Below are positions 48,850-63,663 of a DNA stretch of 64,000 nucleotides, in pieces. Origin of the DNA: Eledone cirrhosa (lineage: Eukaryota); assembly GCA_964016885.1 (NCBI GenBank), contig OZ024740.1:245334001-245398000 (forward strand), in the 5' to 3' direction. Numbering within the stretch: position 1 is the stretch's first letter; each line of letters begins with the position of its first letter. The position numbers and the translations under genes were made by a program. The notes beneath the pieces are model-generated. The model saw only the letters and a program-made list of their open reading frames with translations. It ran no database searches and was not told the DNA's origin.

Positions 48850-49740
48850 ATATCGATGCTAGTGCCTTTACGGCATCTGGGAACAAGGAAGATATTAATA
48901 ATTGACAACAAGCTAAGGGAAGTGTAAACGGGATACAGAAAACATGAAGGATGCATTGATCAGATCTTTATATTGAGGAATAGCACTGAACAGTGCCAAT
49001 GTCATATTCCACGTCAATTTCATAGACAGGCTTTAAGCGTTGTACATAAGGTGTGTGTGGAGGGTTCTAGAAGATCTTCAGGTCATATGAAGCCCTTGAA
49101 AAAATCCGCATCCTAGTAAATCTGTTCTATAAATGCCGTGTGATAACATGACATCCTCTGAATGGTTTTCAGTAGAATTCACTGTACGACAGCACTGTAT
49201 CCTCTCACTCACCCTCTTCGTGGTTATTATTGACTGGATCATGCGCAAGACTACGTCAGATCTACTTAAAGGAATTCTGTTGACACATTTCTCGCATTTA
49301 GAAGCTCTTCACGTTTCCTGGTAGCTTTCTCTATAAAGAAAAAATACATCTGTAGGAGAAAACTGATAGGCAGAACAATTCAAGCCATGTACATAAACTC
49401 CAACAACTCTAAATCTATTACTGTCAACGGAGAGCCACGATACTATGTGGGTGACTATGCATACCTAGGAAGTCTTATTAGAATAGTGAACGAGACAAAA
49501 AAGGATAGCCAATCAAGGCCTAACAAAACTCGTAGGGCATTTACAAAATCTAAGACGATCTGGAAGTCTAAGGGATACAGACTTAGGAAAAAGATTGAAT
49601 TTATCATAATACGTGGTTCAGAATGTTGGAGAATGAAAGAAAACTTGAATAAGGTCAATATTTTCACCAATAGATACTTCAGGAAAATCTACCGCATCTT
49701 CTGGCCTAAAAAAGTGTCAAATGAAGAGCCGTAACGCAAA
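48850..49740 (+). mobile_element. Old RTE-clade LINE fragment
   Basis: CIDQIFILR, VRQHCILSLTLF, YAYLGS, GSECW. Confidence 0.65.
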
Positions 49741-49956
49741 TCTGGTTACGTGTGTGAGAGGGTAAAATTCATCCAACACATCTCTAAAGAAAGAGAAATG
49801 AAATTAAGAAACTTAAAAGTATTTTTAATAAAGAAAATAATACATTTCAAGTAAACGTTAACTATCAGAAACCTCCTACAAGATCTTTAAGAACTGGCCA
49901 GCGGCTGACTTCCATTTGATAAAATCACTCATATACCTCTCTCCCTCTTCCCTCTT

Positions 49957-50055
<99 letters not shown>

Positions 50056-50295
50056 GGTAAACAGAAATAACAAAGTAAACGACACAGTACGATTAGGAAA
50101 TATATTAGTTTAACGCTTAAAATAATAGGAAAAGTGCCTTAACGTTTCGGATACTATTTCTTCCTCAGAGAATAGAATGAGAAATAAAAGATGAAATAGA
50201 AAGATAAAGAGTGAGAAGAAGAAATAACGGGGGGAAAATGAGAAAAAAAAAAAGATGTGCGTATTCAGTCAGCAATATATATATGCGAGTGTGTG

Positions 50296-50327
<32 letters not shown>

Positions 50328-51865
50328 TGTATGTATGTATGTATGTATGTATGTATGCATGGATGCATGGATGTATGTATGTGTGTGTGTGTATGTATGT
50401 ATGCATGCATATATGTTCTTCTGGTTTTCTTATTCTTCGCCCACTTATTCCTGAGAGTGTCGTGGGGGCAGAGTCCTCAAACAGAGTCCTTCCAGCGGGT
50501 CCTCTCAGAAATAACTATCTCCAACTGATATGACTGGATCCCCAAGCGAGACCAGCCGAGCTCATGGTTGTTATCCAACCATCTTGCTCGGGGTCTACCA
50601 CTGAGTCTCTTGCCGGTTGGTTTATCACCAGTCGTGTTATCACTTCTAACTCGGCTGCGCTTGTCAATCCTATTCCTGTAAATAATGAACAGGAGGGGTG
50701 ACAGTACGTACCCTTGGCGTAGTACGACTCCCACATTGAATGGTTTCCATTTAGCACCATCTATCCGAACACAAATACTTGGACATTCGTCTAGAGACAT
50801 CAGGACCACAAGGAGCTGACCATCGATCCCATACTCCTACACAACCTTCTACGGCAGGTCATATGCTTTTTCGAGGTCTACAAAACAAGAATATGCATAT
50901 TGGCAATACTCCCACGATTTCTCGAAAACCTGCCGCAGTGTGAATATTTGGTCTGCTGTCCTGCGTTCGGAGCAAAAATCGCACTGTTCATCAGTTAGCT
51001 TGTCTCCCGGCATCTCTTTTTGAAAATTAGGATTATCACTCCCGATTGCCACTGCTTAGGTGCCTTTACAGGCCGCCCGGCACACACGAGTCAGCCAGAG
51101 AATACCTTCTCTATTTAAGGGTTTTAACATCACAGGCCAGATTTCATCTTCCCCAGCGGCCTTGCCACATTTGAGCTCTTTAACTGCTCTTGTGGCCTCA
51201 GTCTCTGAGAGATTAGTCACCGCTCCCAAATTTACCTTCTCGTCGTGTACATCAGATGTTGTTGTTGTGATCGAGTTTAGGGAATCCGCAAAGTATCCTC
51301 TCCACCTCGCGAGGATGCACCATTCTGAAGAGAGCAGGATCCCAGACGCGTTCCTGATAGCAGGTGTGGAGGAGGGATTATTATTACGAAGTCGGTGGAT
51401 GGTCTGCCAGAACAATTTATTTGCTGATCTGAAGTCGGATTCCAGCTTAACCCCAAAGTCCTCCCATGACTTAACTTTGGACTCCTTTACTGTCTCTGCT
51501 ACAATTATTCGTACTTGATTGTACCGCTAGTCCAAGGAGGAGGATTTATTTCCAAGCCAAGCTTTGTAGGCCTCCTTCTTCGCTTGGGCGGCATCTTTGA
51601 CCTCTTGATTGAACCAAGGGATTCTCCTGCCATTCGGCGCTACACCAAGCCTCTTTTAACAGCCGAAGCAGAAACTGCCAAGCTGAACAATCTCTACTCT
51701 GTTTCAACATCCTCAGGGAGTTCTCTGAATTTGGATGCAATAGTATCTGCATACCTGGTCCTGACTTCCTTATCCACCAACGCTTCCATCTTTATCCTGC
51801 AGGTTGAGCTGGACCAGCCAGTTTTGTGGGCTTTCTTAGCTTTAGGTTGCAGATAACTAGATAGT

Positions 51866-52052
51866 TGTTTCTACTTTTGGCACAAGGCCAGCAATTAACC
51901 AGTACATTACTGGTACTTTATTTTATCGACCCCGTAAGGATGAAAGGCAAAGTTAACCTCGACAGGATTTGAACTCAGACCGTAAAGGAACGTAACTATG
52001 CTGGAAAGCATGGCGTCCGACCCTCTACCGATACTGCCAATCCACCGCCCTT
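51866..52052 (-). mobile_element. SINE with 12-bp TSD
   Basis: taactagatagt at 51854 and 52053. Confidence 0.85.
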
Positions 52053-52411
52053 TAACTAGATAGTGATCAGTTGACAGCGCAACCCTTCTTTTAATACTAA
52101 TATTCATCACTGAATCGAAGAGATCAGAGATAATAACAAAATCAATTATTGATCTCTGTCCCTGATTCCCCTTATACCATGTATATTTATGGATGTCTCT
52201 CTGCTGGAAAAAGTGTTCATATTAGAGTCCATTGCTAAAACAAAATTCTAATAAGATTCGGATTTATATCGGAGTTGCTATTCCTTCCAATCACTCCTTT
52301 CCATGTCAGGTGGTCAGTGCCAACACGTGAATAGAAGTCTCCCATCAGGATACATGACTCAGTCTTAACTACATCTAACGCTGCAATGGTTTTATTATTT
52401 TACAAATTTTC

Positions 52412-52602
52412 GGTGAAGGGCGGTGGATTGGCAGTATCAGTAGAGGGTCGGACGCCATGCTTTACAGCATAGTTACGTCCCTTTACGATCTGCGTTCAAA
52501 TCCCGCCGAGGTTGACTTTGCCTTTCATCCTTACGGGGTCGATAAAATAAAGTACCAGTAATGTACTGGTATAATGCTGGCCTTGTGCCTAAAGTAGAGA
52601 CA
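52412..52602 (+). mobile_element. SINE with ~18-bp TSD
   Basis: attattttacaaattttc at 52394 and 52603. Confidence 0.85.
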
Positions 52603-52719
52603 ATTATTTTACAAATTTTCACCAATTGGAGAAAGAGAGAGTCGGTTTCTAACATAGAAACAAGGCTCCATCATAGGAATTTAGTCATCAACTAGGTAAA
52701 TACGTATGAATATGTGTGC

Positions 52720-52751
<32 letters not shown>

Positions 52752-52899
52752 GTGCAGGTATAAGCGTTATTGTATTTGTGAATCTGTATGTTTTGAGTTA
52801 TATGTATGTGTACACGTGCATATATTTCTTGATCTATATGTGTGTATATGCAGTTATTACTTGCAGAATATCTTTAATGTTTTACATATTTTTACAATT

Positions 52900-53684
52900 C
52901 CATTAATGGTGTGTACTTGCAACTTCCTAACTAGCCGTGCCCTTTCTGGTTCGGGGAAGCCCAGCTTCTCACGGTGAAATATTTACAGATTCATTAGCTC
53001 AGCATAAATGTTTTCCTTTACGTTAATCTTTAGCATTATATTGACACCTGTTGGGCAGCTGATTTCCACTACAGTGCTTGTCTCCTTTTTACTGTCCATA
53101 TCACTTGTCTGTAATGTTTGCATTTTATCGGGGTTTTGACTGGAAAATTCCACCAGTACTCTTTCATATTATATATGCATGTCCTCCACATCACTGTAAC
53201 TTTTTATACGTTTATTTTCAGGGCAATACTTTGTACTGATTACATTGTATAGTGCTTTGACAACTACATCATGCCCCATAGGTAGATAATATCGTGATGA
53301 CATCTTTGGACAGCTGTTTATTCCACAGAGCCTGCATCTATTGCCACATCCACGTATTTTGCCCGCATCTTTATCTCTTTTGTGCGTTAGGTATTTTGTT
53401 GCTATATCCTGTTTTTGGATTGCAAACTTACATCCTTCAAAATGAGAGCCAATATACCATTTGATGGTGCAAGATAGACTGCTCTGCTTATCTATATTAC
53501 TCTCACTTTGAAGTTTTTTTGCAAGCCATCCATGACTTTTTGCTGATTTGCTTGCAGCTTTTCCTTCATGGATTCGTTGCAATATTGCTATGCAATTTCC
53601 CCAAGTGTGAGTTTTTGTTATGCAGGGAGTATTTCTTTTTAAGGAGCTCCTTCCCAACTCTCAATATGTTGTTCTCAGACTTGT

Positions 53685-53728
<44 letters not shown>

Positions 53729-54028
53729 ATTCCAACTCATCCGTCCTCTCAATCTATCTTATTTCTCATTCTTTCTTCTGGTGACGGACTAGCGTCCGAA
53801 ACGTTAAGACCCTCTTCCTGCTATTTCAAGCGTTTACCTAATATATTCCTTCCATATACTGTACCGATTGTGTTTCAGAAGATCCCATTAAGGGTAAAAG
53901 TAGCGATTCTTTGCTTAAACTTTAATGTTATTTTAATAAATATTTGCTCTAGGGTTCTTATATATTTGATATATATTTATCGTTATCGAGCCCTCTTTGG
54001 ATTTTAGTCTTCAAATTTATTATTATTA

Positions 54029-54076
<48 letters not shown>

Positions 54077-55600
54077 TAACAGATTAATACATACATCTTT
54101 CGAGAACGTCATAACCAGGTTAATGTTTTTCTTCGTACCATTCATATTCTAGGCATAACATTTCAAGTTATTCACAAACCAGCTATGTGTTAGGTTTGTG
54201 TTTCTGGCCTACTGTGAACCAATTACATATCCCTCATATTTCCTCAGCATAAAGGACTAGGGATTTAGGGGTTTACCGAGTATAAAAAGCATCACAGAGA
54301 GACTGTCTCCTTGAAATATGCCCCTGCGATATTCTATTTTATCAGTGACAGTATAGTCCTCCTTCTCTGTATTTAACTTCAAGATAGTGGCCCTGGGATA
54401 AGATAGGTTCTCTGTGTCTCTGATAATGATATATCGGATTTAAGCATGTGCCCCTAGCATCCAAGAGTGGGGAACAGAATCGAATGTTTTCCTGTAACTA
54501 AGTTCCTCCTGTGGTTGCACCTCTGACATGGGGGTTTTGTAAATTATGAGTTGCCCCCCCCGCCCAATCCCTTTCTTTCCAGCTGCTTGCTCATCTATGA
54601 TGATTTTGTTATTGTCACAGTGATCCTGAAGGAATAGGTTCAAGCAGGCTGTATACATTTTATACATCATGTTATGGCATGCAGTAGTTCGGTGATTTTT
54701 TGCCAAGTAGAGATGTTAGTTTTGTCAGACCAATATTGTTTCTGCTAATGTCAACCAGCTTGGTATGTGTACATCTCCCTTGAGAGTTTGCTGGTAGACG
54801 TTGATACGATACCTCCGATAGAAAGTCAGTTTTTTGTACCTATAGCCGGCAGTGAAGTCTCTTCTTGGTGCTTTCTTATCTTCAAGTTTTTCTATTACAG
54901 TATAAAGAGTATCATCATTGATGCGGTATGTTTTTTGGTGTACTGTTTGGGTAATAGTTCGTTCAGATCTTTTTATTCACTTCCAATTTTGTCGATAGCA
55001 CGCAGAATTTCATTATTTGGTTTTTTGTTTAATATTGCCATTTTATGTCTATTTTTGAGAGAAAGTTTCATACACAAATTAATCTCTGTTAGAAAAGGTT
55101 ATATCTTAACTGTTTATACTCTTCACTTTGACAGCTAATTGTAGACTTATTATCATTGTCGGTATTTTTATGTTAGTGGTTAACGTGACTACGAGATATA
55201 GCAACCAAAAACTAGACTGTTGTGACACGTGGTGTCAAATTTATCACCGGCATACTTGTTTCAAGAGACTTTGTGTATTGCTGTGTTAGTTGTTGATGTT
55301 CGGACTGGCTACAAAAGAAGAAACTAGTAACTGGCGGTCTGAGGTGACACGTGTTGAATGCATGTCTAATCCAGGAGACTGATGACTTAGTGTTGTTATT
55401 TGTAAGGGTTTCACACTTTCATTAATGTTTTGAACAATGTCCATGTTATTTTTACGCTCGACAAACGTTGTTTGTTGAGGTAATTGTTTCGCTGTGAAAT
55501 TCGTCCCAGTGTAATTGTTTCGCTGTGAAATTCGTCCCAGTGTAATTGTTTAGGTGTGAAGTTCGACCCAGTATAGCTTCATTTCTTCATATAGTCTACA
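52900..55600 (-). mobile_element. Degraded RLE-type (R4/Dong-like) non-LTR retrotransposon, interrupted at about 53685-54085
   Basis: YRKTFDSVPHSW, GIFQGDSL, AIQKQDIATKY, CRLC..SCPKMSSRYYLP..HD. Clade is tentative and boundaries approximate. Confidence 0.65.
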
Positions 55601-57577
55601 GAGTAGTCTTTTTGCCATTATATAACAATTAAATTGGTCGGTATTGAGTTCATAGCTACAAGAAAAATGCGATTTATAGTTTTAGTTCCTTCTGTAACTA
55701 CAACTGAAAACATTCTGTTTACTTTTCTTGTTTTTACTCGATTCTTCACTCGTGTTGTTGATGATGTTGTTGCTGTATCCAACAATGTTGTTAGCAGCAA
55801 ATCCTTGCAAAGTGAATTTAATATTCAGACGGATATCTCTACGATTTCGAATAAAAGGTGTCTTCAGTGCATATCAGAAGAATATCCAGTTATTTAACAA
55901 GGCTGGTAGTTGTGGCATTACTGTTGGAGATAGTATTCATCTTAAATTTAATGAATAGTCTCCCACGCCATATTTACGACTGTTCACATCAAGTTGTTAT
56001 GTATGTATGCATGTATGTATGTATGTATGTATGCATGTATGTATGTATGTATGTATGTATGTATGTATGTATGTATGCATGCATGTATGTATGTATGTAT
56101 GTATGTATGTATGTATGTATGTATGTATGTATGTATGTATGCATGCATGCATGCATGTATGTATGTATGTATGTATGTATGTATGTATGTATGTATGTAT
56201 GTATGTATGTATGCATGCATGTATGTATGTATGCATGTATGTATGTATGTATGTATGTATGTATGTATAAAACCGTCGTCAGCAGCAAAGCAAAGTCACG
56301 TCCAAATATCCAATCTATATTAAAACATCATAGTCGTTATTCTTTATTGTTTTTCTTCTTTTATCTGAGTTAGTCAGGAAATTCAGCAGGACAATGGCAG
56401 GTAGGCAACTACCATCTCAAGTTATAAGACTATAACACAAAGGTGGGAAAATGATTAGAGGAGGATACGCCTTACTGAGTTCAGTGAAGCGGCATGAAAC
56501 GGCAGGTGCCACACACCATCTGTCAACAATTGCTATTCAGTCATAATAATGTATTGTTGGCATGACATACCTGGTTACCTACCTACCTACCTACCTACCT
56601 ACCTACCTACCTACTTACTTACCTACCTTCTTACCTACCTTCCTACCTACCTACCTACCTACCTACCTTCTTACCTACCTTCCTACCTACCTACCTACCT
56701 ACCTACCTACCTACCTACCTACCTACCTACCTACTTACCTACCTTCCTACCTACTCTCACACATATACATACATACATCTCGAAGTCTTGAATAAAAGGT
56801 TTTTATATCATTTATATCAACATGATACTGTAGCTCTTCAACCTTGGCCTCCCACTAATCTCATTTCAGTTTCCTAGTAAATGTTGCAGCTTCCTTCTTG
56901 CTTCCACTAGTTTTCCTCTGATTCATTTGTGTTGTAATTTAACTGCCGTTTCCCTGCAATGTTCCTTTCCTTTATTAGGGTCTGTAGTTGCATGTCGTTC
57001 TCGTTGAACCAATCTTGATATTTTTTTACAGATTTGCCTAAGAGTCATATGACCTGTTTCATATGTAGTTCATATTTCTTCAAATCCTTTGTTTTCCTTA
57101 TCTCCTCATAGATCTACAGCCTTGTTGAGCTGTTCATGCGTCCTAGCTTACTTTCCAATGGCTGCCTAGGCGGGAGCTAGCAAGCGGCAGATTTGTTTAC
57201 CCGGGTGACGTCCGAGTCTGTATGAGAATCTTTTACCGTTGTCATTTATCATAGAACTGCTTGCAAAGTCATCAAATAAAACTAGCTTTTAGAATTAGCT
57301 AGTATAACTCTCTCGGTACTAATGCTGTCCAGCGGGCAAGGAGTCGCCAAAACATGCTAGCATCAGTGTCATACTGCAGCAGCTGGCTGGATGATGGGTT
57401 TGTTTATCTCCGCCCTTGGGTGATGCCACAGGTCACCATCTGGGAGTGGTCCACCACCGACCTTATAACAGAAGTTTTATTTCGTTCTGTAAAGATACCC
57501 AGATTCACCCTCCACACTAGAAGAATTTTTTTACACATAAAATATATTTAAAAATATATACAAATGTATATACTTTA

Positions 57578-58795
57578 TTGGATGGCCGTTGACTCTCCTG
57601 AGTTCCTCCGTCCTTTGACAAGTTTCGTTTTTCATCCCCCACGGCGACTAAATAGACAACCCCACCAAGCTTACTCGGTGAGGTTGTCCATTTAGTCGCC
57701 GTCGATCCGACCATGCAACAGGTAGTACTGGGTTACATGTTACCAACAGTGCTCGAGAGCGACCTGACATACATTCATACATATATACACGCATACAAGA
57801 TGGCTGCAAACTCTGCTCAGAGTATTGCAATCGCTTGTCAGATTATAGAGTTCGGTGCACTTTTAGGCTACGGACCTGTAACATATCCTGAACAAGCAAT
57901 GCCCATGCTTTGAAGGTTTTTTTTAAGTGGGGAAAGGCCTTGCACTCGAACAATCCTATTCTCTGAGCATCGAAAAAGCTACCCGAAAAGGAGAACTGGT
58001 CAACATCATCGGATGCTTCCGAAGCCGCAGGTTTTTTTTTCAGAGTTTCCCCTCTCCAAAATTGTGCTGTGATAACAACTGGGGCCTTTCACTCCCAGGT
58101 AAAAAAAAAAAAAAGTACTATTTGGATCACCGTTGACTCTGCTGAGTTCCTCCGCTCTTTGCCGGGTCTTGTATTTCATCTCGCAGGGTGGGGATGCCGG
58201 TTTAGTCGTCGACGCCCGAACATGCGACAGGTTGTACTGGGTTACATGTTACCTGTAGCACTCGAGAGCGACATGACATATATACATACATATATACATA
58301 CATATATACATACAAAAAAACATACATACAGACACATACATGTATACATACATAAATACATACATACATGCATACATGATGGCTGCCCCCTCGTTATCGA
58401 GTATGGCCATTGCACGATATACCATTATTAATAATTATTAATTAATTCTATCGTGCAATGCCTGTGCGTGAAGATATTTTTTAAAGTGAGGAAATACTCT
58501 GCACTGAGCCAATCCCACTCTCTGAGCGACAGTAGTTATAACCCGAAAAGAAGAAAAGATCAACATCATCGGTAACTACTGAGCCGCAGGTTTTATATCG
58601 GAGTTATCCCAGTTTCCTGAGTTGCCTTCTCCTAGAAGAATGACCTGACAAAGGCTAGGAGTCCTTCACTCCCAGTAGTTTAACCGCGCGATCGGGTGTC
58701 CAGCCCGACTATTTCTATGTCCCCGCGCATATACATACATACATACATATTAACATACATGCATGCATACATACATACATACATACATACATACA

Positions 58796-58829
<34 letters not shown>

Positions 58830-59365
58830 CATACATACATACATACATACATACATACATACATACATACATACATACATACATACATACATACATGGTG
58901 GCTGCCAACTCGTTTTCGAGTACGGCCACTACTTTATATCCAAGTGCAGAGAGATCTCCAGATATAAAGCAATGCCTGTGCCGTGAAGCTTTTATAGTGA
59001 GCAAAGGCACTGCACTAAGCCAGTCCCACTCTCTTAACCAAGATGATATTTACCAAAAAGAAGAACAAGTCAACATCATTGGATACCATCAGAGTTGCAG
59101 GTGTTATATCAGAGTTTTCCTTCTCCTAGAATTCTGCCTTGACAAAGGCTAAGGGGTCATCTCTCCCTGTGATTTTGGATGGCCATTAACTCTTAAGAGC
59201 TCCTTTGCCCTTTGACAGGTTTTGTTTTTAGTCCTGCAGGATGTCCAAAGTCACCCTCCTCACCAAGAAACCTTGGTGGGGTTGCCAGTTTAGTCGCCAA
59301 CGACCCGACCATGAGACAGGTTGTACTGGGATACATGTTACCAGTAGCACCAACTGGTGACCTGA
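57578..59365. repeat. Four diverged head-to-tail units (full unit ~470-480 bp) separated by (ACAT)n
   Basis: Shared starts atggtggctgcc-like (57798, 58377, 58895) and shared ends caggttgtactgggttacatgttacc..gacctgacatac (about 57770, 58278, 59365). Confidence 0.65.
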
Positions 59366-59877
59366 CATACATACATACATACATACATACATACATACAT
59401 ACATACATACATACATACATACATACATACATGCCTCTCAATCTTTACCTTTCTCTCAACTTCCTCTTATTTGTTTGAGTGAGTTTTTGAGAATATGTGT
59501 GTGTGTGAGTGTGTATTACGTTGATGCATATATGTATGTGTGTGAAAGAGGGGGAAAGAGGAGAATGAATATGTGTGCTCTCGTTATTGACAGTTTTAAA
59601 GCTATTAACCACCCTGCCCGCTCGCTCCTTCGCTTCCTCAGTCTTGTCTAAACTCTATTCAGCTCCTACATAGCTGCCATTCTTTCTGAAAACACCCGTC
59701 AATACCCAGTCAAACTGCTTCTCACACTCACTGAAATCTGTAATAATTGACAACAGTTTAAAAAAATCAATTAAAAACAAAACCTAACTGTTAAGAATCT
59801 TATATTTATAATTTGTTTATTATTTAACTCGATTCAAAGATTATTATCCAAGTAGGTAGGAAGTCCTTTATTTTTTA

Positions 59878-60510
59878 GTTATATCGTGATATAAGAGTTA
59901 TAAGAGTTATATATATAGTTATATCGTGATATAAGAGTTATAAGAGTTATATATATAGTTATATCGTGATATAAGAGTTATATCGTGATATAAGAGTTAT
60001 AAGAGTTATATATATAGTTATATCGTGATATAAGAGTTATAAGAGTTATATATATAGTTATATCGTGATATAAGAGTTATAAGAGTTATATATATAGTTA
60101 TATCGTGATATAAGAGTTATAAGAGTTATATATATAGTTATATCGTGATATAAGAGTTATAAGAGTTATATATATAGTTATATCGTGATATAAGAGTTAT
60201 AAGAGTTATATATATAGTTATATCGTGATATAAGAGTTATAAGAGTTATATATATAGTTATATCGTGATATAAGAGTTATAAGAGTTATATATATATAGT
60301 TATATCGTGATATAAGAGTTATAAGAGTTATATATATAGTTATATCGTGATATAAGAGTTATAAGAGTTATATATATAGTTATATCGTGATATAAGAGTT
60401 ATAAGAGTTATATATATAGTTATATCGTGATATAAGAGTTATAAGAGTTATATATATAGTTATATCGTGATATAAGAGTTATAAGAGTTATATATATAGT
60501 TATAAGAGAT
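59878..60510. repeat. 40-bp minisatellite, about 15 copies
   Basis: Unit tatcgtgatataagagttataagagttatatatatagtta. Confidence 0.92.
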
Positions 60511-60582
60511 ATCGTGAGAGTATGATATTTTTGCATTGCTCGAGGTTTATTTGTGAAGAAGATGAAAAGGTGAAGTAAAATA

Positions 60583-60906
60583 CAGTGTAGAACCTTGGCT
60601 CACGGATTTAATTCGTTACTGAAAGCCGTTCGTCCCCCGAAATGTTCGTAAACCGAAATTATTTTTCTCATACGAAATGTTAAGAGAGAAACTGTGTATG
60701 AAAGACAGATAGATATCACGATAGAAACTACACAGCAAGTGACGCTTTCCCGCCGATACTCCAAGTTTGTTGCCAACTGTTGTTGCCGGATAGCATGTTC
60801 GTTACTCGAAACACCATTCTTGAACCGAAACGTTTTATGTTTGGAAAAATTGTTCGTGAATCGATTTGTTTGTGAAGAGAAGCGTTGGAGAACCAAGTTT
60901 CCACTG
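60583..60906. mobile_element. Tc1/mariner (Tigger/pogo-like) MITE
   Basis: TA|CAGTGtagaaccttgg ... ccaagtttcCACTG|TA. Confidence 0.65.
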
Positions 60907-61358
60907 TATTTGTTACTAAAATAGAGGTCAAATCTAGTCAGCATCTATATTTCATCAGGTTCTTGGACTTCACTGAATATGTGACGTTGTATACAAATAT
61001 CCTTGGTTTTCCTTATCAAATACTAGGTCAGCAAAAAAAAATATATCTAAACTATAATAAAGGAAGGTCTGCGGGACTGCGTACGGTTTATTTTTTTTAT
61101 CCTGTTAGTAAAATAAGTTGGATTACTTTGAATAAATAATGAATGAATATTACATAATTTATCTACTAAATTTCGTAAATAATTTCGTAAAAATAAATAA
61201 TTTAAAATTGACTTCTTTTCGAAGTTGCACTTCCGGTATATCGTTGCCACCACCACCACCATATATATATAGAAAGAGGGAGTGTGTGATGTCAACACTT
61301 CCGGTGGCGATCACTTAAATAAACATACTAATTTTCTCCTAATGCAGTTTATATATAA

Positions 61359-63663
61359 CTAGCAGTGGTACCCAGCGTTGCACGGGATAAGGTATTTTGG
61401 AACTCGGGCCGCCAACAGACCTAATCGTGGAAGAACTGCATGCCTCGACAATATGTAAAGAAAATAAAGCGAATACTCTGATGGCTGGATAATCTTTAAG
61501 ATTTTTCCTCGATGAAGCAGGAAAAATGCAGGTTTTCACCTAATGCGGGCCCTAGGGATCAAGAAAATGAATTTTTTTTATGTACATAATATGCCTTGAA
61601 ATTTCGTGAAAACCGGCTAGACGTAACGCTTAAAAGAAGCCCTAAAAAGCTGAAAAAACGAAGTTTTTCACCTAATGCAGGCTCCACTAAAAGTTGGATT
61701 TTCTTTGCTCACGGTATGAAGAAGAGACTGACTAATACATAGTTACCGGCTTTCATTTTTAGTGTTGTGTGAAATATATAACCGCCTTAACTAAGCTTAA
61801 TATTGCCACAACCACGGCTGGCAAAGAAGTAAGGGTCTGGTGGTATGTAAGTAAGCAACACTGTGACTTAAAACGCGAGGAAGAAGTTGTGTGCACTTAC
61901 CAACTGTTTGGGGAATGAGTGTGAGATTTGTCTTTAGCAAGGGTGGCCGAATAACCGGAGGCAGCAGACAACCAGACATACAGACAGATATTATAAGGGC
62001 GCGTTCTGGACGGAGAAGGAATTGTGGGAAGTAACGTAATGCAGACAGCCAGACATACAGACAGATATTATAAAGGCGCGACGTTATATGTATGTATCTA
62101 TCTAAAAAGAGAAAGACTAAGAATTATAGAGAGAGATCGCTAAATCGCCTAATGCGGTCCCTAGGGCATTGAAAATTTGAAATTGTTTTTGCTCAGAATA
62201 TTCCCTGCAACATAAGTATTACATGTGTAAAGTTTGAAAAGGGTCGGTTGGGTACTTCTCTAGTTTTAGGGATTCAAACTCACACACACACAGACACACA
62301 TCCTCAGTTTTATATATAAAGACTAGCAGAAAACCACCCGGTGGGCGGTTTTCTGCTAGCAAATCTAGTGTATATACTGAAATTTTAATCATACCATTAG
62401 GTGTGAATAAGGAAATATTTGTTTATTGTCAAAACAAATGTTCAAAAGTTAAATTTCAATTTTTTGAATTATTTCCAATTTTTTCATGAAATTGAACACT
62501 GGACATTGGCTGCTGGAAATGGAAATTAAATCGTATTTAATTGTATTTAAATTTCTAACCTTATTTTATTATTTATATTTTTTCAATAAGAAATAAAAAA
62601 AAAACAACAAAAAAAATTGAAGAAAAAAATTGAACAAATCAAACGTAGGTTATGGAACTGCGCAATCTGATTAATAAATTACCTCATCAGCAGCAACCTT
62701 CTTCAAATGGTCCTTATTATCAGTAGCAACAACCACAAATTCAATGGCAGCCTTCTTCAGATGGTCCTTGGCGTGGTGTCAAGTCAGAACCGCCTCGAAC
62801 TGGTTACTTCTGGCTTGTGCAAGGTGTCTCTATAGCAACCAGCGATTCCCTCGGCCTCAGTGACCAAAGTCATTGGAGAGGGGAAGGTAATGTTTCTATA
62901 GTGACAGTGTTTCTCTTGGTAGTACCAAAGTGGAGAAAGGAAGGGGAAGGTAATATTTCTGTAGCACGTGTTTTAGCGTCTATTCACTCTCTCTCTCCCT
63001 CTCTCCCTCCCGCTATCCCCCTCTCGTAGTCTGTCTCTTTCTTTCACTCTCACTCTCTCTCTACGCGTGTGCAAAAAACATTCGCACGCGCACACGTGTT
63101 TCCACTGTCGGACAGACAGACAGAGAAATTGCTGGTTATATATATAAGTAGACTAGCAGAAATCCACCTGGTCAGCGGTTTTCTGCTAGCAAATCTAGTG
63201 TATATACTGATATTGTTGAGATTTGGATGAGAAATGTTTTCGGCACCACATGTTCACCGTCTCTCGGTGTGTCTTTTATGCATGTATAAATATATATGTT
63301 ATCTATACGGTGAAATCTTTGAAATAAATATATGTTAAAACGAAAAAGGAGAAAAAGAGATTAGTGACGGAAATATAAACGTTATGATACATAAACGTTA
63401 TGATATAACGATGGAAATATATAAACGTTTACGATAAAACGATGGAAATAGAAACGTTTATATATAATGATAAGCCGAAACACTCGTAAGCCGAAACACT
63501 CGTAAGTCGAAACACTCGTAAAGCGAAACGTATAAATAAAGATTAATGTAATGAATTTGAAAAGCATAGAGATTTGAAACCGCGTCTATTTGTTTCCTTG
63601 GCATTTTTTTACAGACAGACAGACAAACAAACAGAGAAATGCCCATTATATATTATAAGTAGA
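61359..63663 (-). mobile_element. Three head-to-tail non-autonomous Helitrons (61359-62322, 62323-63152, 63153-63663)
   Basis: Each has a minus-strand TC start and a hairpin + CTAG end; junctions read CTAG|TC. Confidence 0.65.

Larger units (their letters stand above)
50415..52660 (-). mobile_element. Internally deleted RTE-clade LINE carrying two SINE insertions
   Basis: FWQTIHRLR, GKAAGEDEI, DQIFTLRQ, FVDLEKAYD, RQGYVLSPLLF, GRPRARW. Confidence 0.8.

Noticed and set aside
55984-56795. Low-complexity ORFs (MYVC, YLPT, HTHT, YIYI) here and throughout the window
   Set aside because: They are translations of microsatellites.
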